Source: the human T2T-CHM13v2.0 reference genome, Homo sapiens
DNA length: 64,000 nt
Assembly: GCF_009914755.1 (NCBI RefSeq)
Contig: NC_060945.1
Reading direction: 5' to 3' (one strand)
Shown: one piece after another, positions 26,152 through 38,789 of the stretch
How positions within the stretch are numbered: the first letter of the stretch is position 1
Layout of the letters: every line of letters starts with the position of its first letter
Notes under the pieces: generated by a model
What the model saw: only the letters and a program-made list of their open reading frames with translations
Told to the model about the DNA's origin: nothing
Database searches by the model: none
Position numbers and translations under genes: made by a program

Positions 26152-27274
26152 TGAAATAATTGGTGGGCAGTGGGGAGCACAAAGGGCTGTTTTTGTTTCA
26201 TGTGAAGACGATGAGCATGCTATGAACCCCGAAGAGCTGTTGTATAGGCAAGTAGAATGTGTTTGGCTGTGGTGTGGTAAAGCTGACTGTGTTACACAGA
26301 GAGTGGGTGGGTGTGTCTGTGGCTTTGCTCGGCGTTATTCATGCCTCTGCGCCCTTAGGGTGATAAATGGGTGGCTGCACAGGCTGGAGAAGGGCTCCTG
26401 AAGGACCCTCAGACATTCTCAGCATTTGCCCAGCGGCTGAATGTCTTTCCACGCCTTCTCCCCTTACAACTAAGTAGACAGCTTCCTTGCTTTTGTAATA
26501 TTTGTGTAATCTTGATCATTTGCAATACGACGAATAGGGCAGATGTGCAACCTTACAGCTCTCATATTTTCTCCTAACATTGCTGGAAATTTCTGAACTT
26601 CTGATTGTGTTCATGACAAGACATTTTTCTTTCATTTTCACCTAAGTTCAAGCCTGGTTTATAAGGATTTTAGGTGGTCATTGGTTAACCCTGGGGATCC
26701 TTTATTCTTCCCTGGAACTAAGGTAGAGACCTTCCTCTAATGAGCATAGTTTTGGCTGTGATGTCCACAGGGGCAAGCAAGCACTCCATTTGCTGCTTTG
26801 AGTGTCCTGTCACTTAGATAAATTTCAGGGCAATCCTTGGCCCCAGGCCTTCCCCTGGAGTTTTCTTAGCAAGACTAATTTGATATATTACCTCCACAAA
26901 TCCTATCAGCCCTACCCGGTTTAGGGCTGAGGGTGAAGATAGTTTATAGGGGCAATAACAACAGAAATGTCCTCTCTGAGACAGGCAAATAATTTCCTCT
27001 CTGCTCCAGTCCAGTACTATTTCCCTTAATCTTTTTAATGCCTGGGAAGCTCTTGCTTCCTTCCTCTGTCCTCAGAGCCAGTTTTCTCTCCTCAAGGTTA
27101 ATACCCTGAAAAGCGAGCAAGCCTATTGTTTCTGCTTCTCTGGGCAGGCAGCACATTTTCTATAGTTTCATCTGTCTCTATATTAAAATGGCTTAGGGTT
27201 GAAACAAATGACTCATATTCACTGGTGGTCCAGGTTAAGTGAAGGCCCTAGGTTATCTCATCAAAGGGTTCTTT

Positions 27275-27573
27275 TTTTTTAAATTTTATTATTATTATAC
27301 TTTAAGTTTTAGGGTACATGTGCACAATGTGCAGGTTTGTTACATACGTATACATGCACACGTATGTTTATTGCGGCACTATTCACAATAGCAAAGACTT
27401 GGAACCAACCCAAATGTCCAACAATGATAGACTGGATTAAGAAAATGTGGCACATATACACCATGAAATACTATGCAGCCATAAAAAAGGATGAGTTCAT
27501 GTCCTTTGTAGGGACATGGATGAAGCTGGAAATCATCATTCTCAGCAAACTATCCCAAGGACGAAATACCAAA
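27275..27573 (-). mobile_element. 5'-inverted (twin-primed) L1PA3/4-like insertion
   Basis: Antisense polyA plus last ~60 nt of the 3' UTR (27275-27356), fused via ACATG to a sense ORF2-end segment (27352-27575). TSD CAAA(GG/TT)GTTCTTT (27262-27274, 27574-27586). Confidence 0.88.
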
Positions 27574-27983
27574 CAAATTGTTCTTTAAGACAGAATCAAG
27601 CTGCTTATCCAAGCCTTACTGGCTTCTCTTCTCCCTGGGCAGGGATGCTAATTACCACCAGCCTACTTATCTGATTTGTGTCCTGGAATGGCCCAGTCCT
27701 CAGTATTTGTTGGCACCTGACTCAGCTGGGTTTCTGCTGGATTCTCCCTTCTCCCACAGGCCTGCAGGCTTCATATCTTACCCTTCTTCCTACACTGAGT
27801 AGCTTGTCTTTCCACCTTCCCTTCCCTGCCATGAAAGAGACTTCACCTGAATTTCTGGACCTCACAGCAATCAGTAGATGTCTTCTCTCCCCTAGTACTG
27901 CATCATTTACAGGAAGGAGGTGCTAGATCTGGATAAGGCAAGCCCCTTCTTGAAACTTGGGAGACTTAAATGAAACCTATTTT

Positions 27984-28450
<467 letters not shown>

Positions 28451-29720
28451 ATTCTATTTCATTTCACTATGTAATCAGTGCTTCCATTCTCATACTGTAA
28501 GAAACCTCCTTTTCGGCTTAGAACAGTTTTTGAATTTAATATAGAACATTCACCATTCTGCACTACCTGTCCAACCAACCTTATGGGTTTTTTGTTTGTT
28601 TTTGGATGAAGACATGTTTGTGTTCTGCTGCCAGTACTTACACTGAAAAAGGACCAGGACACCCTCAATTGCTTACCCTCTGCCTGTAACCAATCCCTCC
28701 AGGATTCTACTATCTTTTTTTCCAGAGTTATTTTTGGTGAATGTATAATGAATGGAATGTTTTGATAACTTTATGGTAATCATCCATGTGGTACATAGAT
28801 AACTAGAACATAAAACTTTAATTATAGAGTATTCTTTTACTATTTACAATTTTCCCTCCCCTTCCAACATTCATTGAATTGCTAATAGTTTCTGTGAGAA
28901 AAAATGGTATGTGTGGTTGAGATTCTTGACTTAATTCACTGCCTTTTTAGTAGTCCCCTTTATTTTAGCTATTCATGTCTAGATTCAAATGCTGTCAGGA
29001 ATTTATGTAAGTTTTTAAAAAGTCCAAGAAGGTATATTTTAAAAGGAAGTTGGGGCTGGGAGTGGAACACCTTTGATCTCTTTCTAGCTGTGTGATCTGT
29101 TCAGTGTGGCCTTGGTCCAGTCTCTAGTCTATCTGGGTGTTAGTTTATTTGTGAACAAAATGAACATTTTGTACCAGATGATGCCCAGATTCCTTCCAGG
29201 TTTAGTATTCTTTTTGTATCTGTGATAAGGGTCAACATTTTAAAGTGTTCAAGTCACATTTGAACCTGCCATTTTTAAAAGCATTGCAATCTCTTTCATT
29301 CAGAAATAGTCTTTCCATACACACACGCTGATTAGAGAACTGCTTGAGGGACAACTCTCAAATGAGACTCAGATGGGAAAGTACAAATGGGAGGGGAGAT
29401 TTGAGTTTCAAAAAATTGAATGAACATTTCATAGGTTGTTAGCAGATATCACAGATAGTAAGCAGATAGAACTCTGAATGCTGGGAAAGGAAAAATGACT
29501 AAAACAAAGCATTGGGTAGATTTCCTGTTTCTAAAAGTGGTATGATTGTAAAGGTTGTACATTGATTCTTCCCACTGCAATGAACTCTGCTAAGAATTTC
29601 TTTGCACCAAATGGCAGCCTTGTCACCTTGACCTTAAATCCTTCCCATAATCCTTTCTTAATAATATGCTTGGTAGAACATATTATATATGTAATGTATG
29701 TACTTTAGTTACCAAATCAG

Positions 29721-29728
29721 ATATATAT

Positions 29729-29766
<38 letters not shown>
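29721..29766. repeat. (TA)n(CA)n microsatellite
   Basis: Directly visible. Confidence 0.95.
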
Positions 29767-29768
<2 letters not shown>

Positions 29769-30345
29769 TATATGCATTAGATACCTCTGTGTTTTGGTAG
29801 CTAAATTACAAGTATAACATCCTGTTATTTATACCGGCTAGAAACAGAAAGCTTTCCGTGGAATAGAGAATTGGCTTTCACAGACATTTATTTTTCATGT
29901 CACATTCTTCTTCTACTCTTGCTTCTAATCTGAATCCAGGCAGATCCTCTTTTTTGAACTTGTGATAACTAAGGACATTTGTTCCTTTCTGTGTAATCGC
30001 TTCAAACCTTATAATCCAGTTGAGAATGCCTGTCTGACATATTGAGCAATAATTAATTCCCTTAATAGCCATTTCCATGAGCAAGGCTTTCTCTTTTCCA
30101 GACGGTTTCTATTAGTCTGGTCATGTTTTTTTCAACAGCTGCCTACAGCTTTCATGCCTTTTCTTTTCATACCTGATTTACTTCTGCCTGCTATTGTCTT
30201 CTTTGCGGCTTTCACTTTACTCCTAGCCCTCTGTCCTCTGTCCCTAATCTTATTTCCAATGTCTTAGTCTCCAGTTCGATAATTCACATTTCCTTGTCTC
30301 ACTGATTTCTTCTCATTCAATTATAATTTTGACATTTCTAAATAT

Positions 30346-30485
30346 TGTATTTGTATTTTTTTTTGGTAGAGATGTGGTCTTGCTACACTGCCCACGCTCA
30401 TCTTGAACTCCTGGTCCCAAGTGATCCTCCTGCTTTGGCCCTCCCAAAGCACTGGGATTACAGGCATAAACCACCATGCCCAGCC
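30346..30485 (-). mobile_element. FLAM_C / Alu left monomer
   Basis: Single antisense left monomer with T-rich tail. Confidence 0.85.
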
Positions 30486-31524
30486 TATTTATAATTAATA
30501 TTGCTCCAGTATAACAGTGGAGCAAAGACATATACAATAATATTTTGAACCTACTTGTATAGAAGAGACATTGCTTCCATGGACTCTAGAAGAACAAGCT
30601 TTTTCTCTAGTCCAAAGGGTTGATTATCTAAACTAGATAATATTTTGAAGGTACCTAGCTTAGGGTTAGACATCTGGAGAGTACTCTGTAAATGGTGATT
30701 CCATTTCATCCTCATTGTGGAATTTCATAAACTACAGCTGGCAGACCAGGGAAGATATGTGCTCAAGAAAGTGCTCTTCCCTGAATCCCTCACGTCATAT
30801 TGTTAGTGCCTCTTCTGCTTATTCACAAGACCAGTCATCGTAGAGGTTGGATTTGAATCTTGTATCTGTATATAATAGAAGCCACATTCAAACTATGTGA
30901 AGTAAATGTGGACATGGGAAGATATTAAGGAGTCTCTTGCAATCCAAGGTCTAGGATTCAGGGATGCCTGCAATTAGGGCTAGCGACACCCTGAAGACTT
31001 TCTCACTCTGTTATTTCTGCACATCTATTTTATTCCTCTTTCCCTAAAGTCTTGCTTCTCATTCTCCCACAGCTTGAAACAAAGACTGACATTTCTACAA
31101 ACCAGGCCTTCCAAGAGAGATTGGCTTTCATTTCCAGGTTCAACATCGCCCTGGAAGAAATTGGTTCTTATTCATCTTGTGTGAAGTTCTCACCCTTAGA
31201 CTTATCTGGAAGGTTGAGGTTTTGGGGGAGATAATTACACACATGAACTCTGAGACACCACATTCTCTTGGTTCTCTTTGTGTCCTCCCCCCACCACCAT
31301 CCTTCTTAGCTCCTTTGCTGAATCTTCCCCATGTTACTGTCTCTAAACACTGGGAACTTAACACATGAATCTCTCCTCCGCCTATATTCACTCTCTACAC
31401 CATTTTATCTAGTCGTATGGCTTTAAATATCATTTAAATGCCGATGTTCCCCGTGGTGATATCTTTGGCTTTTTCTGCATACTTGAAGTCTGTACTCACT
31501 CATCTGCATACTTACGTATAGAAC

Positions 31525-32095
<571 letters not shown>

Positions 32096-32395
32096 ATTTC
32101 CAGGAATCTTGAACATATAAAATCTAAAATCAAACAATTATCTCTCATCTTTCTCTCACCTTCAGACCACAAAGAAAATAACTAATGAAATGCTCTTCCA
32201 GACATTTAATTTTCTTCCCTCAACCTCTAGCGTTTCCTCTCCATTCTTTACTCTCAGATTTTGATCTTGCTTCTTATTTCACTGAAAAAAAGCCCACTTT
32301 TCCTACTGACTTTCTCAACTCAAACAAAAACAATGAACTCTCTTTCTCTAGGTATACACAGCAAAATCACTGGTGTCAGAATTGGCCCATTTTTG

Positions 32396-32538
32396 TGGGG
32401 CATGGCGGCTAGTTGCCTGTAATTCCAGCTACTCAGGAAGCTGAGGTGGGAGGATAACCGGAGGCCAGGAGTTCCAGACACCTGTGTAACAAAGTGATAC
32501 TTCATCCCTTAAACAAATATAGAAAAAGTAAAAAAAAA
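32396..32538 (+). mobile_element. FLAM_A-like Alu monomer
   Basis: Single diverged monomer with A-rich tail. Confidence 0.7.
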
Positions 32539-32841
32539 GTCAGCATTGTTCTTTTTAATATCTCATGTCTAATCTGTTAGCAGATCCGGTTCTCTACAGA
32601 ACTCAATAATTTTCACCACCATTACTGCCCCACTCCAAGAAATGTCCAGTCTCCTCTTGATTGAACAGTTTCAAGCAGATAATTAATCTCCCAGTGGCCA
32701 TACTTGCTCCTTTCCATTCTTTTATACTTAGAGCAACCCAGCTTTCTTTACTAAAGTCTCACCTCCTCGAGAGCAGGAACTTTTTCTCTTTTGGCTCCTG
32801 TTATCTTCCCAGCACCTAGAAAAGTGCCTGGCATGCAGTAG

Positions 32842-32843
<2 letters not shown>

Positions 32844-32886
<43 letters not shown>
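32844..32886. repeat. (CA)n microsatellite, about 21 units
   Basis: Directly visible. Confidence 0.97.
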
Positions 32887-32890
<4 letters not shown>

Positions 32891-33486
32891 TTCAATGAAA
32901 GAACCCACTAATCTGTAAGTTTATTGCCAACCCAGCTTCTTGGTTTATCAATTATTGTATTTCTTGACCATAATGCTCTGTCAAGCAAGGAGCAGGTGCT
33001 CAAAATGTATTTGTTCAATCAATCCCTGAGTTACTACGGAGGAATAATACAAGCACAAATTCCTCCTTCTACTTCCTTTCACATGTTGTCTTTTTGTTCT
33101 CCTCATTGTAAGGGCAACATAAAAACTCAAAGGAATAAATCTTTCTCGAACTAATAAAGGCTTATTTGTAAGGGTGACGAGCTGCAGATCAAGGTGGATT
33201 AAACAGAGCTGGAGGCAGGGGTTCCATTGAATAGAAACACAGAAGCAGAGCTGCCTGGGAGACTGCATGCAGGGAAATGATGGCAGGAGCTCTCTCCATG
33301 GGAGGTTATAGCAGCTCTTGATGGAGGAAAATGGGAATCTGTGAGTTCTTAGAAGCTGAAGAAAAAAGATCCTGGAACTTTACCATAGTAAGTAATAGCT
33401 TTGTTTTTTCTTCTTTCATTTATTCTTACCTTCCCACTTACTTCATTCCTTCTTTTTTTCCTTTCCTTTGTCATACTTGTACTGAA

Positions 33487-35140
33487 ATTAAGAATTTCAG
33501 GGTTTTGAACTAGAGGTCTATGAATTCTGACCACATACTGGCCATTTTTTTTTTATGGGAAAGTTCTTTAAAGTTCAGTTTCCTTAACTCTAGAATGAAC
33601 CTAAAAATACCTTTCTCAGAGCTTTATTCGAACAAGAAAATGAGATGATATATAAACAACTCTTAAAACATTGCCTGTTTTAAAATAAGTTTAAATATTT
33701 ATTTAAAAAGTAAATCCTCAGTCAATAAAGGAAATTTGCCTCTATTAATGTTCCTTTACTACAACACATATCTGATTAGTTATTGATATGGGTTGGCTGT
33801 GTTCCCACCCAAATCTCATCTTGAACTGTAGTTCCCATAATCCCCACATGTGGTGGGAGGGACCCGGTGGGAGGTAATTAACTCATGGGGGTGATTACTT
33901 CCATGCTGTTCTCGTGATAGTGAGTTCTCATGAGATCTGATGGTTGTATAATGAACTTTTCCCCTTTTGCTTGGCACTTCTCCTTGCTGCTGCCATGTGA
34001 CGAAAAGGTATTTGCTTCCCCTTCCACCATGATTGTAAGTTTCCTGAGGCCTCCTCAGCCCTGTGGAACTGTGAGTTAATTAAAACTCTTTTCTTTATAA
34101 ATTATCCAGTCTCAGGCAGTTCTTTATAGCAGCGTGAGAATGGACTAGTACAGTTATTTTACTTTGTTGATTATAATCCTAAAATAACTTTTCAGAGCAC
34201 CCAAAATAAGTTTAGACTCCTCACTGCAGCTTCCATGAACTTCATAATCTGGCTACCTCTGGTTTCATCTACTTAACCACCCTCATGTGCCATCTCTTCA
34301 CCAGACACGTGGGAAAACTGTGGTTTCCTAAATGCCCTGTTGTATCCTCAGAGTACCCGCATTGTTGTCACCTCTATCTAGAATGTCTTTCTCCTTTTTA
34401 GAAGATTCCTATTCATTCTTTAAAACTCAGCTCAAACCTCAAAAGCTCCTAGATAATGATCACTTTCGCCGCAGTCTCATTCAGAGGCTCTTCCACGTGG
34501 ATGGGAATAATACCTTTGGTGTACCCCCATCCACATAGTGCTACATTGAAGCTTTCTCGGATTGTTCTATTAGTGTTTTTTGGCTTCACTGTATCCCCTT
34601 GCCCTACAATCTAGTGCCATAAACTCCATAGGTACAAGAACTTCATCTGTGTCTTCACCTCTTCAGATGCCTGACATGCATGCAATGTGGATAAGCTGAG
34701 GATACAACAGGTTGTTCAGCAAACCACAATTGTCTCATGTGTCTGGTGAAGAGAAGGCATGTGAGGGTGGTTAAGTAGATGAAACCAAAGGTAGGCAGAA
34801 GCCAGTTTATGAAGTTCATGGAAGCTACAATGAGGAATCTGAACATATTTTGGGTGCTCTAAAAAGTAATTTTAGGATTATAATCAACAAAGTAAAATAA
34901 TTAATAGAAGGGTTTCTTTATTTATTGAAGATTTATTTATTTTAAAAACAAATGGCAATGTTTTAGGAGTTACTTATATAGCATCTCATTTAATTCTTCT
35001 AACAAACCTTTAAGAAAAATATTATTAGGTTCATTCTAGAGTTAAGGAAATTGAAGTTTAGAGAACTTTCCCATAAAAACTATGGCCAGCGTGTGCTCAT
35101 AATTCACAGACCCCTAGTTTAAAATCTCAAAATTCTTAAT
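33487..35140. repeat. Inverted duplication: arm 1 33487-34364 (with THE1C inside), arm 2 34683-35140, spacer ~320 bp
   Basis: Reverse complement of arm 2 aligns colinearly with arm 1 across a MIR/L2 junction at roughly 85% identity. Confidence 0.93.
33784..34152 (+). mobile_element. THE1C solo LTR
   Basis: TGATATGG...GGACTA.TACA; perfect TSD GTTAT. Confidence 0.93.
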
Positions 35141-35950
35141 CACTATTCTACTTGTGGCTAGAATAGAGACTGAAATGGGAGAGCAGCACAGTAGATGCGG
35201 AGAAATGAATTAGTATGCTATTTCACTAAACTTGGAGGAAAATGATGAGTACAAATAATGGCAGTGAAGAATTAAGGAAAAAATGACTTTGATACAAATA
35301 AAGGAGATAGAATTTATAGAATGGTGACTACTGGATGAGGAAGGGCAAGTGAGAGGAGAGTGTTTAGAGTGGCTGTGAGGTGTATGGCCATGGCCACTGA
35401 GTGGCAAGCAGGGCCATTCACAGAGATATAGGCGGATCAGGCTTGGGAGGGGCTCAGATGCATTGAGTGTGAGGGTCCTGTAGGACATCAGCAGTTGTAT
35501 ATACCGGGTTGAAGCCCAGTAAGGGATCATGAGTTATAGGACAACCATCTGCACATACACAGATAAGCTGGCTTAGGGATGGTTAGTGGACTGAGTAGAG
35601 CCAAGGGCTTAAGATGGAGCCTTGGAAACCTAAACATTGACAGGAAGAAAACCTATAAAAGGAGTCTGAAAGGGAACAGAAGGAGAAGTGGGAATAAAGG
35701 TAGAAGAGACTGATATCCTAGAAGCTAAGGAGGAAGGATTCTGAATCAAGGACATGTCCAACAATGGTAAATACCACGATGAGGGCAAACAAGATAAAAA
35801 CAGAAATATGTTTTCTTTATTTCATGATATCAGGGTCATTGTTCAACTTATCAAAAGAAATGTACTCAGGGTTAAGGAAGCTGGATCTATCTGGCAGATG
35901 AAGGAGTAGATAGAAAGTAAGGGATTGGCACAGCCAAGGTGTATGAAGGT
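34683..35950 (-). mobile_element. L2 (antisense) with nested MIR at ~34930-35140
   Basis: Colinear with antisense L2 consensus motifs (AGGTAGGCAG..GCCAG, GGCAGTG, GAGG.TCCTGT.GGACATC, GCAGTTG.ATATAC). Confidence 0.7.
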
Positions 35951-36747
35951 ATGGCAAGGTCACCGGAGCAGGACAGGGGTCAGGGGACGATTATTGGGAG
36001 GGGACTGTGGAGGTGATGTGAGAGAGGATGGACTCTAAGGAAATAATGGAAAGATTATTCTTGGATAACAATTATGTTGAGAGACCTCAGAGATAGATTA
36101 CTGACTTGTTTCAAATTGGTGTGTGAGGTGAGGGAGAAGAGATGCTATCTATATCTTTTTCAGCTTATTTAGGCTTGCAACCTGGACAAATACTGCTACA
36201 TCTTTACATGTAAAATAGGTTTTCTTTCCTTTTCATTTATTCCCTGTTTATATCCCTTTCTTTCTACCTACTAAAGCACAGGAGCTTGGAGAATAGAAGC
36301 TCTGATCTTAACTCCCCACCAACAAATTTGTTTTTCTTCACTGAAGTCGATTTCTTCTTTCAGCACATTAGTATTAACAGTCCCCATGACAATGCTACCA
36401 GGAGAAGATTTTGAGCAGGGTTAGGATGCTCATTTGATACTGCACTGTATCCAGAGTTATCAACATGTCAAGTTGACTTTCTGTTTCTGTAGCCTTGATC
36501 CTTCCTTTAGAAACAGGATAGATCCTTTATACTGACTTTAGTTACACTTGATTGAAAGACTAAGCAATATAATATTTTGAGTATTTCAGTATAGGAATCA
36601 CAAAACAGAGTCTCCCTTTCTTAACTAGAACAGGGACACAGGTATTTATAATCACATAGAGGGACCATGGTGAATATTCCCTTTGTGTTCAAAAGTGAGG
36701 CTTTAAATAAGTGGCAGCTTATTCATTTCAGATGCATTTTATTGCAG

Positions 36748-36783
36748 TGGAGGAAGGAGGAGAAGCAAGTGAAGACAATGAAG
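36748..36783 (+). other. Candidate 36-nt frame-preserving exon (phase 1-1, VEEGGEASEDNE)
   Basis: atgcattttattgCAG| acceptor, GAAG|GTAAGA donor, purine-rich ESE-like body; unique flanks that retain CpGs. Confidence 0.35.
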
Positions 36784-37384
36784 GTAAGATGGTTAGGAAG
36801 CTTCAGATAGCGTTGTTTCTTTATACTTCAGGGGCAGAGGATGATGGAAGACGTAGGATCCGACGTTGGTTCTGCCCTTTGGAATTTGTACGTAGGCTTT
36901 AGCTTTTCCCAACAATAAGCACGGCAATCTGCAATTTCTTCACATCTGAGTGGCAGTGACTTCACTCATAGGTAGTATCAAATGGCCTGCAACCAGTGGC
37001 ATTTGCTTATTCTGCCAAGGTATTATGCCAACACTGCCTGGAATCTATGCTCATTATGGTAAGCATAACTTAGACCAGTTGGTCACCAGTGAATGTGTAA
37101 GAACTCTAGAATCTCTGACACTGTCTGCTGTGAATACTCAATGATAGTTAAAAAGTTGCTACTGACAGGGTGGAAGCCTGCAGCCAGTCAATCAATGAGT
37201 AGTATTTTGGAGCCTTACTTAGCTAAACTTAACAAATATGTGAATAGCTGTGGTGAGTTTTTTGTTACACGTTAGGATTGAGGTTTGACTGCTCTCCTGT
37301 TTTCCCCAGAAGCCCAGGACAATGAAGTCACTGGTTATTTGCACATTTGCACCATTTCACTACTTATTAAAAGTAACAACTGAA

Positions 37385-37600
37385 ATTTGTATTATTCCTT
37401 CTGTTCATAAGTTATTTTCCCATGTTATCTTATTTGAAACTCAAAACAATGTTAAGGAGAATAGAATTATTCTTGCAAATTTAGAGATGAGAGAAAACAA
37501 GCCTCAGGATGCTCCAGTGCTGTAACTAAAATCACAGAACCAGTAACAGGCCAAGGGGAAACTTGGTGCCTGTCTTGTTGTTCTTAACCTGGAGTCAGGA
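37385..37600 (-). mobile_element. MIR
   Basis: TTATCT.ATTTGA.ACTCA.AACAA...TTAGAGATGAG..AAAC.AG.CTCAG. Confidence 0.65.
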
Positions 37601-38061
37601 ATCTTTCAGAGTTTTGTGAGCCAGTGAAATCAGTAGGTTTCTGGGGTTAGGAGTTCCAGAACAAAGAGATCTTGGAGCTTGATGGAGAATGGGCTTCTTA
37701 GTATTGGTCATTGTTGAGATCAAATGCAGTAACAGTAGCAACAAATAGCTTTGCCATTCTGGGGAATCTTGTGCCTCAAGGAATTGCAAAACCCTTCAGC
37801 CCTAACCAGGCTTGGATAAAGTGTGTTCTTAGGTCTCATCTAGCAAATTCTATTTTATGCGGGGCACGGAAGCTTAAAATATTTATTTTTGCATATTTTA
37901 CATAAGCAGGTAAAAGAAGATGAAAACAAGCACAATTGAAAGAATAATCAGTTTGTTACAAATTTTTTCCTATAATTCAAGCATAGAATTTCTTTTGTAA
38001 GTCAATCTTCTAAAAGAAATAGAAGTTTTAAAATAAAATAATTTTTAATATATGACAATTT

Positions 38062-38165
38062 AGGAGGAGGCAGAGCAAGATAGCCAGATAGAACCCTCCA
38101 GCGATCATCCCCCTGGAGGACATCAAATTGAACTATTCACCTAAGAAAGCACCTTCATAAGAATC
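38062..38165 (+). mobile_element. Isolated L1M/L1PB-type 5' UTR start
   Basis: GGAGGCAGAGCAAGAT.GCC.ATAGAA.CCTCCA.CGATC...AAAGCACCTTCATAAGAA. Confidence 0.65.
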
Positions 38166-38237
38166 TACAACATGGCCATTAAAAAAGCATTGGTTAAATA
38201 AATATCGATACTTCCACATTATGAATCAATACAGAGG

Positions 38238-38543
38238 TTTTTTGTCTGTTTGTTTTGTTTTATTTTGGCCTGCCTCTGCTGCTTAGGCTGGAGTGCAGTG
38301 GCACGATCTCGGATCACTGCAACCTCCACCTCCTAGGCTCAAGCCATCAAGTAGCTTAGACCACAGGCATGCACCACCATGCCTGGCTGGGATCACAGGC
38401 ATGTACCACCACACCTGGCTAATTTCTGAATTTTTTTTTTCTAGAGGCAGGATTTTGCCACATTGCCAAGGCTGGTCTTGAAATCTGCTCAGCTAAACCT
38501 CCTAAACTGCTGGGGCTACAGGTGTGAGGCACCATGCCTGGCC
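38238..38543 (-). mobile_element. Degenerate AluJ with internal tandem duplication and deletions
   Basis: Antisense Alu; CACAGGCATG.ACCACCA..CCTGGCT occurs twice. Confidence 0.8.
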
Positions 38544-38789
38544 TCACTGCAGAGTTTTAAAACTTGATAGTGTTGAAAATATCTAATGAAACAGAAACAC
38601 ATATACAATTAATTTTTATGTTAAAAAGCAGCATATACAGCACTGTGTGTGTGTGTGTGTGTGTGTGAATGACACAGATAAATACAAAATCTTAGTAGTA
38701 GCTACCTCTGGTTCAGAGATATGCTGGTTGGATTTTCTGAGAGGTAGACAGTGTGATAAATTGAAGAGTGCGATAGGATTATTGGGGAC

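Noticed and set aside
21257-27588. Two ORFs with FIAALFTIAKTWNQPKCP
   Set aside because: C-terminal remnants of L1 ORF2 in truncated, dead copies.
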